DNA of 64,000 nt from an uncultured Victivallales bacterium (GTDB lineage Bacteria; Verrucomicrobiota; Kiritimatiellia; UBA8416): positions 4,246 through 68,245 of the forward strand of contig CAYLXP010000004.1 in NCBI GenBank assembly GCA_964387425.1. Direction: 5' to 3'. Both the position numbers and the translations under genes were made by a program. This document shows positions 9,551 through 19,595 of this stretch, in pieces (the stretch's first letter is position 1; every line of letters starts with the position of its first letter). Below the pieces are notes generated by a model. It searched no databases. It had not been told where the DNA came from and saw nothing but the letters and a program-made list of their open reading frames with translations.

Positions 9551-9637
9551 TCCATGTGAACACAGTCTAGGGTCCCCGCGTAGGCCAGTTCAAGCGAAAG
9601 CATTTGACGAGATGCTCTCCATCACGGCGCAAGGCAG

Positions 9638-10792
9638 CTACCGGATGGTAGTCCAGTAGGCTGACATGTCGACGATCGTGCCGGTCTCCATGGCTTGGTC
9701 GATGCCGAAGCAGGTGAAGGCGGAGCGGACACCATCGAGGAGCGTCGTGGGCATGGGAGTATCGTTCAGGATGCAGTGGGCAAGATCCTCCGCCATGCAG
9801 CCATCGGCATTCCCGTGGCCGCCACCCTCGATGGGCTTGAAGCTCTTGGTTTCAGGCTTCCAGCCCACGGGACGATACTCGATTTTCCCGGTCAGTACGT
9901 CTCCCCGGATAGCCCCTTTCGTGCCGCAGATGTAGAAGCGGCGCTCCTGTATCGGGGCATGCGTACAGAGATGGAAGGTGGCGCGGACACCGTTCTCCAT
10001 CTCAAGAATGGCGACCTGGTTGTCGATGACATCCTTGTCGTCGTTGAATGGCGAGATGTTGTCTTCCTTGCCGACAGCCCAGCCGGTTGCCTTGCCCAGA
10101 CCGTAGAAGGGAATTCCTTTCCCGTTCGGTTCGTAGCGGTCCATGAAATGTGCATTTGCGGCTTTGAAGAAATTGAGGCCACCGAAGCTTGCGATACGGC
10201 TTGGGCGAGTGTCCGTCAGCCAGAGCATCAGGTCCATATCGTGGCAGCATTTCTCCAGCAGGAATGAGCCGCCTATTGCATGCCGACGCCGCCAGTTGCC
10301 ATGCATCGCCGCTCCGTGGTTTGGATGCAGCGTTTCGTTGAATTCGAAGCTGATGATGTCACCAACAGCGTCAGCATCCAGCAGTTCTTTGATCTTTATG
10401 TAGAAAGGGGAGTAGCGCAGCACAAACCCGACCACGAAATGGCCGGCGTGGGCACGCGATGCTGCCAGCATCGCGAGGCAGTCATCTTGCGTTGTGGCCA
10501 GCGGCTTTTCGCAGAAGATGTGCTTTCCGGCGTCCAGTGCAGGAATCACATGTTCGCGATGGGCAGCATTGAAGGACCCCACGAGGATCCAGTCGATGTC
10601 TTCGCGGGCAAGCATGTCGTGGTAATCGTCGCAAACCGTCGCGCTCGGGAAGCAGGCGAGGCCATCAGTGATGGACGTCTGCGATATGTCGCACAGCGCC
10701 GCCACCTCGATCGCGCCCTTGCCGGCCTCTGCCACGTTTTGCGCCACTTCACGAGCCCTGAACCCGCATCCGATGATCCCGATCTTCTTCAA
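9638..10792 (-). CDS. Gfo/Idh/MocA family NAD(P)-dependent oxidoreductase
   Basis: The N-terminal Rossmann signature MKKIGIIGCGFRAREVAQN, the EKPLA motif (HIFCEKPLATT) and a 384-aa length match the family. Confidence 0.85.
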   Translation of the reverse strand: MKKIGIIGCGFRAREVAQNVAEAGKGAIEVAALCDISQTSITDGLACFPSATVCDDYHDMLAREDIDWILVGSFNAAHREHVIPALDAGKHIFCEKPLATTQDDCLAMLAASRAHAGHFVVGFVLRYSPFYIKIKELLDADAVGDIISFEFNETLHPNHGAAMHGNWRRRHAIGGSFLLEKCCHDMDLMLWLTDTRPSRIASFGGLNFFKAANAHFMDRYEPNGKGIPFYGLGKATGWAVGKEDNISPFNDDKDVIDNQVAILEMENGVRATFHLCTHAPIQERRFYICGTKGAIRGDVLTGKIEYRPVGWKPETKSFKPIEGGGHGNADGCMAEDLAHCILNDTPMPTTLLDGVRSAFTCFGIDQAMETGTIVDMSAYWTTIR

Positions 10793-11748
10793 AGTTGCCC
10801 CTTTAGATGTAGTTCCGCCTGCAGCGGTCGATGGTCTGACGCGATGGTTTCGGCAATGACGGTGCTGGTTGCATTGGTGCTGAGCCCGCGTGTCACGATG
10901 TAATCAATCTCGGTGCTGGGTTTGTCGGCCGGATACGTCTGTGCGGCGCCCTGCTTGGGTAGCACCGTCCAGCCCGATGCGTAGAGTGCTTGCATGGATG
11001 GCTCATCTCGCTTCGCGTTGAAATCTCCGGCAAGGATGACAGGGTGTGGTCGCGTCGCAAGCTTATCGAGAAGCGTACTCATCTGGGGGAGGCGTCGGCT
11101 GTCCTTGGTCCAGTCCATGTGGACGCAGACGAACGAGACGGGCTTGGGGACGCCGGATGGTTGCACCTGGATCTCTAGTGCGCAGCGGGGTTCCGCGCCC
11201 CGCGGCAGGACGTGTCGGATCGCCTTGAGAATCGGAAAACGCGACAGCACGGCCAGCCCGTATTCGCCACCCTGGAAACTCATAAAGGCTCCGAACGCAT
11301 GCTCCATGCCAAGGAGATTCCCCAGCTCGGCTGCTTGGTCTGTCTTTTCGCTCCGTGTGCAGTTCTTGTCTACTTCCTGTAGCGCCACCAGGTCAGCATT
11401 CAACCGTTTGAGGACTGCTGCGGTGCGTGCCAGGTCGAGCCTGCGATCCATGCCAGCGCCGTGGCGGATGTTGTAGGAGACGACGTTCAGCGGCTTCATG
11501 CCCGCACCCGGCGCCTGTTCGGCATCCGCGCGTTGGCACGACACGGCTGTGGTTGCCGCAACGGCGACAGCTACTAGATGTGCGTTCAATCGTTTGATGG
11601 TATCACCTTGCCGAAGGACGATGCCGCGAGACGGCTCTCGTGTCAACCTGAGAGCTGTGACGGCCTTGACTCCGGAGCTTGGGCGGGTTCTCCCTGCAGT
11701 GATTCCTCGACTTCGCTCTGCTCCGCTCGGAATGACAGCTAAGTTCAA
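10789..11748 (-). CDS. endonuclease/exonuclease/phosphatase (EEP) family protein, probably secreted; start uncertain
   Basis: PLNVVSYNIRHGAGMDRRLDLARTAAVLKRLNADLVALQEVD is the EEP N-terminal catalytic motif. A signal/lipobox-like stretch KRLNAHLVAVAVAATTAVSC lies just upstream, so the true start is probably internal. The stop overlaps the start of the downstream Gfo/Idh/MocA gene by 4 nt (ATGA). Confidence 0.7.
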   Translation of the reverse strand: MNLAVIPSGAERSRGITAGRTRPSSGVKAVTALRLTREPSRGIVLRQGDTIKRLNAHLVAVAVAATTAVSCQRADAEQAPGAGMKPLNVVSYNIRHGAGMDRRLDLARTAAVLKRLNADLVALQEVDKNCTRSEKTDQAAELGNLLGMEHAFGAFMSFQGGEYGLAVLSRFPILKAIRHVLPRGAEPRCALEIQVQPSGVPKPVSFVCVHMDWTKDSRRLPQMSTLLDKLATRPHPVILAGDFNAKRDEPSMQALYASGWTVLPKQGAAQTYPADKPSTEIDYIVTRGLSTNATSTVIAETIASDHRPLQAELHLKGQL

Positions 11749-11796
11749 GTCATCCTGAGCGGAGTCGAAGGATCTCGGAAGTCAGAAAGTGCCGTA

Positions 11797-11826
11797 TTGT
11801 CCTTAGACGCGGCATCCCCATATACT
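11797..11826 (+). promoter_or_regulatory. candidate sigma70-like promoter (TTGTCC-N18-TATACT) upstream of the FGE-fusion gene
   Basis: Found by eye about 85 nt upstream of the preferred ATG at 11911. The track's ORF start at 11797 is the TTG of this hexamer. Confidence 0.25.
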
Positions 11827-11910
11827 CTGCCTATGCTAAATGGGGTGTTTGCAGGAACGGTTGGCGATGGGGAAGTTGTGTCGACCTTCAGAGAGAAACG
11901 GATCTGGACT

Positions 11911-14900
11911 ATGAGAATTATCTTGATGATGGGTGTTTTGTGCGGGGCTGCCGTGATTTCGCAGGCAGCGGAGACGGTAAAGGGGCGGTATGTCCGCGTG
12001 GAGTTGCCGGGTGACGGACGCTATCTCTCCCTGTCGGAGGTGGAGGTCTTCTCGGGTCGCAAGAACATCGCTCCGAAAGGGAAGGCAACGCAGTCATCGC
12101 TCTGGGGTCGCGGCGTAGCGCAACTCGCGATTGATGGCAACACGTCGGGGGAATATGGCGACGGAACGATCACGCACACCGCGAAGAGCACCAACCCGTG
12201 GTGGGAGCTCGACCTGGGGCGGGAGACTGATGTCTCAAAGGTCACGGTTTGGAATCGCGCCAGCATCGGAGAGCGGCTAGACGGTTTTCGCTTGTTGGTG
12301 CTGGACGCCAGTCGCTCACAGACACTGACGGCTTCTGTTCCCAAGGCGGGTCGGAAGATGGATATCGCTACGGACGGAACCGTCAAGACGACGTCAGTTA
12401 AGACTGTGCCCAGCAAGAACTCCGCGGCAAAGGGGCTGGCCGCGCACATTGCCGTGTTTGATCCCGATGCCATGGTTCGTGCCATCAAGGACATGGCGGC
12501 AACCTGGCCGGAGCGTTTCAAGGACGTCGATGAGCTGTTGGCAGGAGTCGAGAAGTGCCGGGCGTTGAAAGATGATGCGTCAAAGGCGGAGGAGATTCTC
12601 GCCTTCCAACGCGAAGTCCTAACGCGCAACCCGCTTCTGGACTTTGATGAGCTACTGTTCGTTCGCCGTGACACCAAAATGTTCGGCAAGTCCCTGCCCG
12701 CTAACTGGCAGAGTAATTCAAGCATTTCGAAGACCGGCTACGACAACGAGATTGCTGTGCTGTCGATCCGTGAACCCGAGAAGACGCGTCAGCTTCACCG
12801 GCCTGACGGCGGGGCCTACGTCGGGGAGGTCGATCTTCATTTCAATGCCGACAAGATGCTCTTCTCATCCATTGGGGAGAATGGCGCCTGGCATGTGTTC
12901 GAAATCGGGGCGGACGGAAAAGGCCTGCGGCGTGTGACGCAGACAACCGAAGTGAACGTGAACAACTACGACCCCTGCTATCTTCCGGACGGACGCATCC
13001 TGTTCACCTCCACGGCTCCGATGGTCGCGGTGCCGTGCGTGAATGGAAACTCGCCGGTCGCGACGCTTTTCATCTCCGACAAGAACGGTGGGGACATGCG
13101 CCAGCTCTGTTTCGATCAGGAGCACAGCTGGAGTCCGCAGGTGATGGCCGACGGACGTGTTCTCTATCAGCGCTGGGAGTATGCCGACCTGGCGCACTCG
13201 AACTCCCGTATTCTCTTCACGATGAATCCTGATGGCACGAATCAGCGCGCAATCTATGGCTCCAACTCGTGGTGGCCGAACTCCTGTTTCTATGCCCGGC
13301 CTGTACCGGGGCATCCCTCCCTGATCGTGGGCATTGTGACGGGGCACCACGGATGCCGCCGGATGGGCGAGCTTGTGCTGTTTGATACCTTCAAGGGGTA
13401 CATGGAAGCCGACGGCGTGGTTCAGCGTATCCCCGGCTACGGCAAGCCGGTTGATCCCAAGGTCGCCGACCGACTCGTCAACGGTAGCTACCCGCTTTTC
13501 CTGCATCCATACCCTTTGAGTGACAAGTACTTCCTTGTCTCCGCTGAGATCTCGAAAGGCGAGTGGGGGATCTATCTTGTCGACGTCTTTGACAACATGA
13601 CGCTCATCAAGAGTGAGCCGGGCTACGCCTTGCTCGAACCCGTGCCACTGCAGAAGACCAAGATGCCTCCCGCGCGACCGGACAAGGTTAACCTGGAGAG
13701 CAAGGATGCCACGGTGTTTATCTCGGACATCTATGAAGGCCCGGGGCTTGAGGGCATTCCTCGCGGTGTGGTCAAGAAGCTGCGTGTCTACACCTACACC
13801 TTTGGATACAACCAGATCGGAGGCTTGCTTGGCACGATTGGCGCCGATGGCCCGTGGGACATGCGCCGCATTCTTGGGACCGTGCCAGTGGAGTCCGATG
13901 GCTCAGCCGCATTCACGGTTCCCGCGAACACGCCGCTTGCGCTCCAGCCTCTTGACGACGAGGGCAAAGCTCTGCAGGTGATGCGCAGCTGGTTTACCGC
14001 CATGCCCGGTGAGAACCTCTCCTGCATCGGCTGCCACGAGCCGCCCGACGCCGGCCCGCCCGTGCGCCGTTCCATCGCCGCGCAGAAAGCGCCCTCCAAG
14101 ATCACGCCATGGTACGGACCGGCCCGGAACTTCGAGTTTGCCCGCGAGGTGCAGCCCGTTCTCGACCGCTACTGCGGCGGCTGCCACGACGGGGAACCCC
14201 GCGACGACGGCAAACAGCTTCCTAGCCTGCGTGGAGACCGCAGTGTCAAGTTCGTGTCCAAAACACCGGGCAGCAGAGGGGCGACATTCTCGGAAGCTTA
14301 TGTCTCCCTGCACGGCTACCTGCGTCGTCCGGGTGAAGAGAGCGGCATGCGTCTGCATAGCCCGATGGAGTTCCACGCGGATAACACTGAGCTGTTCATG
14401 ATGCTCAACAGCGGCCATCACGGGGTGGAGCTTAGCGCAGAGGCCATGGACCGGCTCATCACGTGGTTCGATCTCAACGCGCCCTTCTATGGGCGCTGGT
14501 CCGAATATGGCCACACTCCCGCTGCGGCAAAGGAAGCGGAACGTGCCGAGATGCGTGCCCGCTACGCGAATGTCCATGAAGACCACGAGCACATTGATGA
14601 TGCTCCGCCATCCAAGGTGGAGTTCATCCGCCCCAAGCGCGTACAGCCCAAGGCGGAGGAGAAGGTCTCTTGCTCTGTAGCGCGGGCTCCGCGGGAAGAA
14701 GCCAGGACGCTGGATCTGGGTAACGGCGTCTCTTTGAGTCTGTCGTACGTGCCTGCAGGCAAGCTGTCGAAGGGGGCGAAGGCCGAGGAATTCAAGAGAG
14801 GCTTCTGGATGGGGAGCTACGAGATCACCAACGAGCAGTTCCGCCAGTTCGACCCGGCACACGATAGCATGGAGGAACCGCGGCACGGCTACCAGTTCGG

Positions 14901-15483
14901 CATTACCGGCTATCCCGTCAACGACCCCGACCAGCCGGCCGTGCGGCTTTCGTGGCAGCAGGCCGCCGCCTTCTGCCGGTGGCTCTCGGATAAGAGCGGT
15001 AAGAGCGTCTCGCTGCCTTCCGAGGCGCAGTGGGAGTGGGCTTGCCGCGCGGGGGCATCGACGCCGTTTAGCTTTGGCGAGCTCGACGCCGACTTCACCG
15101 AGTACGCAAACCTCGCGGACGAGACTCTAGTCTGGTTCATCGGCGATCCCTATACGCAGGATCCTGCTGCCGGCTACCAGAAATCCCTCAAGCGATACAA
15201 GGAGCTCAAGGGATCCGACAACGACTGGATTCCGCGCTCCGATCTGAACGACGGCGGTTTTGTTTCCGAGCCGGTTGGCAAGTACAAGCCCAACGCCTGG
15301 GGACTATACGATATGCACGGCAACGTTGCGGAGTGGACTGCTTCGGATGCGAACGGTCAAAAGATCGTGCGCGGCGGTTCGTGGTACGATCGTCCCAAGT
15401 ACGCCACAGCCACTTTCCGCCGTCCATATCGCGACTACCAGCGTGTCTACAACGTTGGATTCCGTGTCGTGGTGGAAGAGTAA
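11911..15483 (+). CDS. secreted multidomain protein: F5/8 type C domain, PD40/TolB-like beta-propeller, two CxxCH haem-c motifs, C-terminal FGE-sulfatase (SUMF1-like) domain
   Basis: A signal peptide MRIILMMGVLCGAAVISQAAE begins at ATG 11911; the track start at 11797 is a TTG. The discoidin-like stretch GRYVRVELPGDGRYLSLSEVEVFSG is followed by propeller-type repeats (…DGRILFTS…, …DGRVLYQRWEY…, …MNPDGTNQRAIYG…). Two CxxCH motifs, LSCIGCHE and YCGGCHDGE, lie about 45 aa apart. The C-terminal FGE domain contains GFWMGSYEITNEQFRQF, WEWACRAG and HGNVAEWT…GGSWYD. Confidence 0.75.
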   Translation: MRIILMMGVLCGAAVISQAAETVKGRYVRVELPGDGRYLSLSEVEVFSGRKNIAPKGKATQSSLWGRGVAQLAIDGNTSGEYGDGTITHTAKSTNPWWELDLGRETDVSKVTVWNRASIGERLDGFRLLVLDASRSQTLTASVPKAGRKMDIATDGTVKTTSVKTVPSKNSAAKGLAAHIAVFDPDAMVRAIKDMAATWPERFKDVDELLAGVEKCRALKDDASKAEEILAFQREVLTRNPLLDFDELLFVRRDTKMFGKSLPANWQSNSSISKTGYDNEIAVLSIREPEKTRQLHRPDGGAYVGEVDLHFNADKMLFSSIGENGAWHVFEIGADGKGLRRVTQTTEVNVNNYDPCYLPDGRILFTSTAPMVAVPCVNGNSPVATLFISDKNGGDMRQLCFDQEHSWSPQVMADGRVLYQRWEYADLAHSNSRILFTMNPDGTNQRAIYGSNSWWPNSCFYARPVPGHPSLIVGIVTGHHGCRRMGELVLFDTFKGYMEADGVVQRIPGYGKPVDPKVADRLVNGSYPLFLHPYPLSDKYFLVSAEISKGEWGIYLVDVFDNMTLIKSEPGYALLEPVPLQKTKMPPARPDKVNLESKDATVFISDIYEGPGLEGIPRGVVKKLRVYTYTFGYNQIGGLLGTIGADGPWDMRRILGTVPVESDGSAAFTVPANTPLALQPLDDEGKALQVMRSWFTAMPGENLSCIGCHEPPDAGPPVRRSIAAQKAPSKITPWYGPARNFEFAREVQPVLDRYCGGCHDGEPRDDGKQLPSLRGDRSVKFVSKTPGSRGATFSEAYVSLHGYLRRPGEESGMRLHSPMEFHADNTELFMMLNSGHHGVELSAEAMDRLITWFDLNAPFYGRWSEYGHTPAAAKEAERAEMRARYANVHEDHEHIDDAPPSKVEFIRPKRVQPKAEEKVSCSVARAPREEARTLDLGNGVSLSLSYVPAGKLSKGAKAEEFKRGFWMGSYEITNEQFRQFDPAHDSMEEPRHGYQFGITGYPVNDPDQPAVRLSWQQAAAFCRWLSDKSGKSVSLPSEAQWEWACRAGASTPFSFGELDADFTEYANLADETLVWFIGDPYTQDPAAGYQKSLKRYKELKGSDNDWIPRSDLNDGGFVSEPVGKYKPNAWGLYDMHGNVAEWTASDANGQKIVRGGSWYDRPKYATATFRRPYRDYQRVYNVGFRVVVEE

Positions 15484-15694
15484 GCATCGCGCTCTCGCGC
15501 GAAGCGGGGCTGTGTTTGCGAAGGGGTATTTCACCATCTCATTTGTGTCTCGTCACCTTGAGTATTTACGGCCTGAAGGCCGAACTACAAACGGTCGTGT
15601 CGGCAGTCCAGGCGTATGTAGTTCGGGCTTTAGCCTGTATCTCGTTTGCCTATGCACCAACGCACAGATGCGCCCACCCCAGCACACTGCAAAT

Positions 15695-15726
15695 CTCTCG
15701 TATTGATGCACGAGGCCGCGTATAAT
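15695..15726 (+). promoter_or_regulatory. candidate promoter: perfect TATAAT -10 hexamer about 34 nt upstream of the 15760 ORF, no convincing -35
   Basis: tataat sits at 15721-15726, and GGAGGG lies 9 nt before ATG 15760. Confidence 0.2.
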
Positions 15727-15759
15727 TGTGGCTAGTCAAAACGTGGAGGGCAATGGCGA

Positions 15760-18000
15760 ATGAGGTCGTTTGGAAGCCTGTCGGTAGCTGCCTCCTGGTT
15801 GCTCCTATTCTCCTGCGCCGCAGAGGCTGAGTTCGTGCGACCAGCCAGCGCGACGGCATCGAGTCGTTGGAGTGCGAATACTGGTGAGTCTCACCTGATC
15901 CAGCTCAGTGGGACTGCCGGGGACAAGACGCTGAGTGCCGAGAGTCCGACGGCCACGCACCCTGAAGACGGTGGCGGTCCTGAGTTTGGCCAGTGGCATA
16001 CCGCCGACGGCGACATGACGAATGGCGCATGGGTTGTATTCGATTTTGGCTTTCCCCGCATTCTGACGCACATCTACATCTGGCAGGCCAACCAGACGGG
16101 GCTATTCGATCGCGGCGTCGATGGCTTCAGTGTGGACGTGTCGACCAATCAGACAGCGTGGCACGAGGCGCTTGCTCCGACCAACCTGGCTATTTCCAGC
16201 GGGGGCGACATCGCGGCCGAGTCCTTTGGGCTATCGAACGCTGATCGCATTCGCTACGCGCGCATCAACATCACATCCACACACGGCAGTACGTATGCGG
16301 GGCTTTCCGAAGTTCGCTTCGAGGCCGTGGCGAACGAATTTCTGGGTGGTGACTTCAACGCGGACACCAATTGGGTCGTCGATTGTCCCTCAAACGGCGT
16401 TTCTGGATACGTCGGCACCGATGGCACGATGTCGTGGCAGGAGCACAACAACTGGGCAGCAGTGACCATCACCAACGGAACCATCTCGCGCACAGGGCAC
16501 TTCAGGAGCCAGCATACGACGTGGAATATCCTCGGTGGGACGCTCGACATCAGTGGCTATCTCCATTGGCGAGCCGGAGTGGCTCTTACGGTGGATGGCG
16601 GGACGGTCAACGTCGGGCTCGACACGCAGCTCGAGAGCAGTCCCAGCTTTCTTTCTGGAACGATTACGTCGGGGGATTACCTATACTTCCGCCGTGCGCT
16701 CTCGATCAACATCCGTGATGCAGTCCTGGAGCTCGATGATCTGCGCTTCTGGAACAATCCTGCCAACCACCCTGAGGCGAATGGCGCCGCGGTTAACTTC
16801 TACTCGGGTGGTGACGGCAGCCTGACCCTCCCCGGTGACCGGGTCTCTTTCCTGACCAGCCTTGTCGAGGGCTCGCATGACCCGTCTGACCCTCGCAGGG
16901 CACCGGATCGTTATGGCGGGCAGGGCGGAGTCGCCTTAGACTTCGACGGCGGACCGTACCCGGTCAACATCAAGCTCGATGGGGATGCAGTTTCGATCGA
17001 TGCCTTCTCGATCAGCTATGATTCTGCCTCCAACAAGACGACCATATGTGTGGCGCCCCCGGACCTGGTCGGCCACTGGGGCTTCGACAGTGATGGTGAA
17101 GATACCTCGGGCTATGGAAACGACGCCGTCATTAAGGGAACGGCCGCGGTTACCCATACAGGTGGCGAGCACGTAATCGGCGGTGGCGCCTTGTCCGTGC
17201 CGGGCTCAAAAGCTAACTACGCTTTCGTCTCCGATGATGGGTTGTACGACGGGAACCTGCCGGCCGTGTTGCGGCTGCCCAACCGGTTCACTGTTGCCGC
17301 CTGGGCTTGGCGTGATTCCGCCGACGACAACCAGAGCTGGATTCTGAGTAATCGATACTGGCAGGATGGCTATGCCCTGGGACGGACTGCGTCGACGCCT
17401 TCCGGGACGAACGCTTACGTATTGGGGCGCTACCAGTCGATTGGACAGCCGGGGCTACAGCTTGCAGATCCGCAGCCCGTGGACGAGAACTGGTTCTTTA
17501 TCGCCGGAACGTTCAGTCGCAGCACGCCCGGCGACAACCAGGCGCTCTACATCAACGGAGAGCTGCGCAATGCCAGCCGGCGGACCTCGGCTTATGGTAT
17601 CAACAACGGAATCCCCCTGGGGATCGGTATCGAACATGTTGAGCTGACGTCCGGGGATGGTCGAAATGCGTGGGATGGGGATATAGACGATGTGTCGATC
17701 TGGAATGGTCCACTGTCCGCGGGCGAGGTGCGCGCCCTCTACAACCTGGCGACGGATGCCGTGCTCAACTACGACGCATCCCGGGTCCATGCCCTGTTTG
17801 AACTCTACGCTGATGGGGCAGGGGGAGGGACGGTCACGTTCGGCAACTACCGTTGGCGCTATGCGGATGGACTGACCGCCACGCGCGACGGACAACTCAA
17901 CGCCCCTCCCGCCGTCTCACGCTATGAGGTGGTGCTGGACGCAAGCAAAGGAACCGGGCTTGTTGCGGCTCCTCGTGGAACGGTGCTGCTGGTGAGGTAG
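15760..18000 (+). CDS. secreted protein with N-terminal F5/8 type C (discoidin)-like domain and C-terminal LamG/concanavalin-A-like domain
   Basis: The signal peptide is MRSFGSLSVAASWLLLFSCAAEA. The discoidin-like region reads …GAWVVFDFGFPRILTHIYIWQANQ…YAGLSEVRFEAV. The LamG-like C-terminus reads …DNQALYINGELRNA…WDGDIDDVSIWNGPLSAGEVRALYNLA. Confidence 0.55.
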   Translation: MRSFGSLSVAASWLLLFSCAAEAEFVRPASATASSRWSANTGESHLIQLSGTAGDKTLSAESPTATHPEDGGGPEFGQWHTADGDMTNGAWVVFDFGFPRILTHIYIWQANQTGLFDRGVDGFSVDVSTNQTAWHEALAPTNLAISSGGDIAAESFGLSNADRIRYARINITSTHGSTYAGLSEVRFEAVANEFLGGDFNADTNWVVDCPSNGVSGYVGTDGTMSWQEHNNWAAVTITNGTISRTGHFRSQHTTWNILGGTLDISGYLHWRAGVALTVDGGTVNVGLDTQLESSPSFLSGTITSGDYLYFRRALSINIRDAVLELDDLRFWNNPANHPEANGAAVNFYSGGDGSLTLPGDRVSFLTSLVEGSHDPSDPRRAPDRYGGQGGVALDFDGGPYPVNIKLDGDAVSIDAFSISYDSASNKTTICVAPPDLVGHWGFDSDGEDTSGYGNDAVIKGTAAVTHTGGEHVIGGGALSVPGSKANYAFVSDDGLYDGNLPAVLRLPNRFTVAAWAWRDSADDNQSWILSNRYWQDGYALGRTASTPSGTNAYVLGRYQSIGQPGLQLADPQPVDENWFFIAGTFSRSTPGDNQALYINGELRNASRRTSAYGINNGIPLGIGIEHVELTSGDGRNAWDGDIDDVSIWNGPLSAGEVRALYNLATDAVLNYDASRVHALFELYADGAGGGTVTFGNYRWRYADGLTATRDGQLNAPPAVSRYEVVLDASKGTGLVAAPRGTVLLVR

Positions 18001-18012
18001 CCGTGGGCTAGC

Positions 18013-19521
18013 TCAGTGTCGAGTCTTTGCCTTCTTGCCACCCTTGCCCTTGTTCGGAACCCACCGGAAGTCCTCACCCTCACAGACGAGTCGGATTTCC
18101 TTGCGTTTGGGACCCTTGCCTTGTGGTGCGGGGTCGCTCGGGATGATGGTTCCCATCCTCTTCTTGATGGGAGCATACTCCGGGTTTGCTGCAAGATTGT
18201 TCCATTCGTTGGGGTCGTTGCGTTGGTCGTAAAGCTCCTCGCCATCAGGGCGCGAGATGTAGCGCCAGTTGCGGTTGACGACACTGTACTGATCGTGATC
18301 GGTGGTGATGACCATGCGGTCCTTGGCCCCGTCGGGATTGCCAAAGACGGGAACCAGGCTCTTCCCGTCGATATCGGGATTGGCAGGTAGCTGGCAGAGA
18401 TCGGTCAGGGTCTTGTAGGTGTCGATCAGCCCAACCGTAACGTCGAGCTTCTTGCCTTTCGGAATGCCGGGGCCGGCCCAGATGAACGGCACGTTGGTCG
18501 TGCGCTCCCAGAGCGTATGCTTGGCCCAGCGGGTCTTCTCACCAAGGTGGTAGCCATTGTCGGACCAGAGCACGACGACCGTGTTGTCAGCATAGGGCGA
18601 CGCCTCGAGTGCATCGAGTACACGGCCCAGCATGGCGTCGGTATACGTGCAGGCGGCAAAGTACCCCTGCATCGCCTTCTTCCACAGGCCGTGCTCGACG
18701 AGAGGATCATGCACCTTGCGTCCGCGGCCCTCGGTCTGGCGGCGGATTGCCGGCGGGAGGTCGTCAAGATCGTCCGCCTTGAAGGGCGGCAATTGGATAC
18801 TCTCCAGCGGATACATGTCGAAGTACTTCTTCGGTGCGTAGTTAGGTTTGTGTGGTGCGTAGGTCCCGAATGCGAGGAAGAAGGGCTTGTCGTGCTCTTG
18901 TTTCAGGAAGTCTGCAGCCCAGTTAGCGCATAGCGTGTCGGCCATCCTCTCTTCGTCTTCGTTCGGCATGGCGAAGTGGTCAAACTCCGGCCAGCCGGTC
19001 ACCTTGCCGGTCTCCGCCAGCGGACGCACTGCCTTGGCGTCGATCGGCGCCCCGGGATCCCATGAGCCCAGGCGCCAGCCCTTCTGCTTGAGATCCTCGT
19101 TCCAGATGTACCAGTAGTCGAAGCCGCGCAGGTCGACGAAACCCTGCATGTGGTGATAAACCTTGCCGCCTCCGTAGACCTTGTAGCCGTTGGCCTTGAA
19201 GTACTGGGGAATATCCATGTGCTTCGGAATGTTGTACATGTGCGGTTCTTCGCCGTAGAGGCCGGAGTTGAAGGGCTGCAGACCGGTCATGATGGCTGTA
19301 CGCGACGGCGTGCAGTAGACACCCGGAGCATGGGCATTTGTGAACACGGTTCCGCGCGCCGCGAGCTTGTCGAGGTTAGGCGACTTCACCCGCGGGTCGC
19401 CCATCGCGTTCATCATGTCGTTCCAGTCATCAACAACAAGGAAGAGAACATTGGGGTGGGGGGCGGCTTGGGCTGCTATTCCGAGAAGAAGTACCAGTAA
19501 CAGGCTAAGTCTCACCATCAT
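18013..19521 (-). CDS. arylsulfatase (type I sulfatase, FGly-dependent), secreted
   Basis: A signal peptide is followed by NVLFLVVDDWND (metal-binding start) and the sulfatase signature C-x-P-x-R within VYCTPSRTAIMTGL, so it needs Cys-to-formylglycine maturation. Confidence 0.9.
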   Translation of the reverse strand: MMVRLSLLLVLLLGIAAQAAPHPNVLFLVVDDWNDMMNAMGDPRVKSPNLDKLAARGTVFTNAHAPGVYCTPSRTAIMTGLQPFNSGLYGEEPHMYNIPKHMDIPQYFKANGYKVYGGGKVYHHMQGFVDLRGFDYWYIWNEDLKQKGWRLGSWDPGAPIDAKAVRPLAETGKVTGWPEFDHFAMPNEDEERMADTLCANWAADFLKQEHDKPFFLAFGTYAPHKPNYAPKKYFDMYPLESIQLPPFKADDLDDLPPAIRRQTEGRGRKVHDPLVEHGLWKKAMQGYFAACTYTDAMLGRVLDALEASPYADNTVVVLWSDNGYHLGEKTRWAKHTLWERTTNVPFIWAGPGIPKGKKLDVTVGLIDTYKTLTDLCQLPANPDIDGKSLVPVFGNPDGAKDRMVITTDHDQYSVVNRNWRYISRPDGEELYDQRNDPNEWNNLAANPEYAPIKKRMGTIIPSDPAPQGKGPKRKEIRLVCEGEDFRWVPNKGKGGKKAKTRH

Positions 19522-19595
19522 ATATCTCCCATTATGTGAGCGTGACTAAATAGAACTGTCGACACTCGTCCCTAAGATTCGGAACCGGTGCGGCT

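Noticed and set aside
12021-14886. Long antisense ORFs inside the first FGE-fusion gene (12021..12725, 12865..13506 and 13903..14886, all minus strand)
   Set aside because: Their translations are low-complexity and Arg/Ala/Pro-rich, as expected for the GC-rich opposite strand. The sense-strand protein has clear domain motifs.
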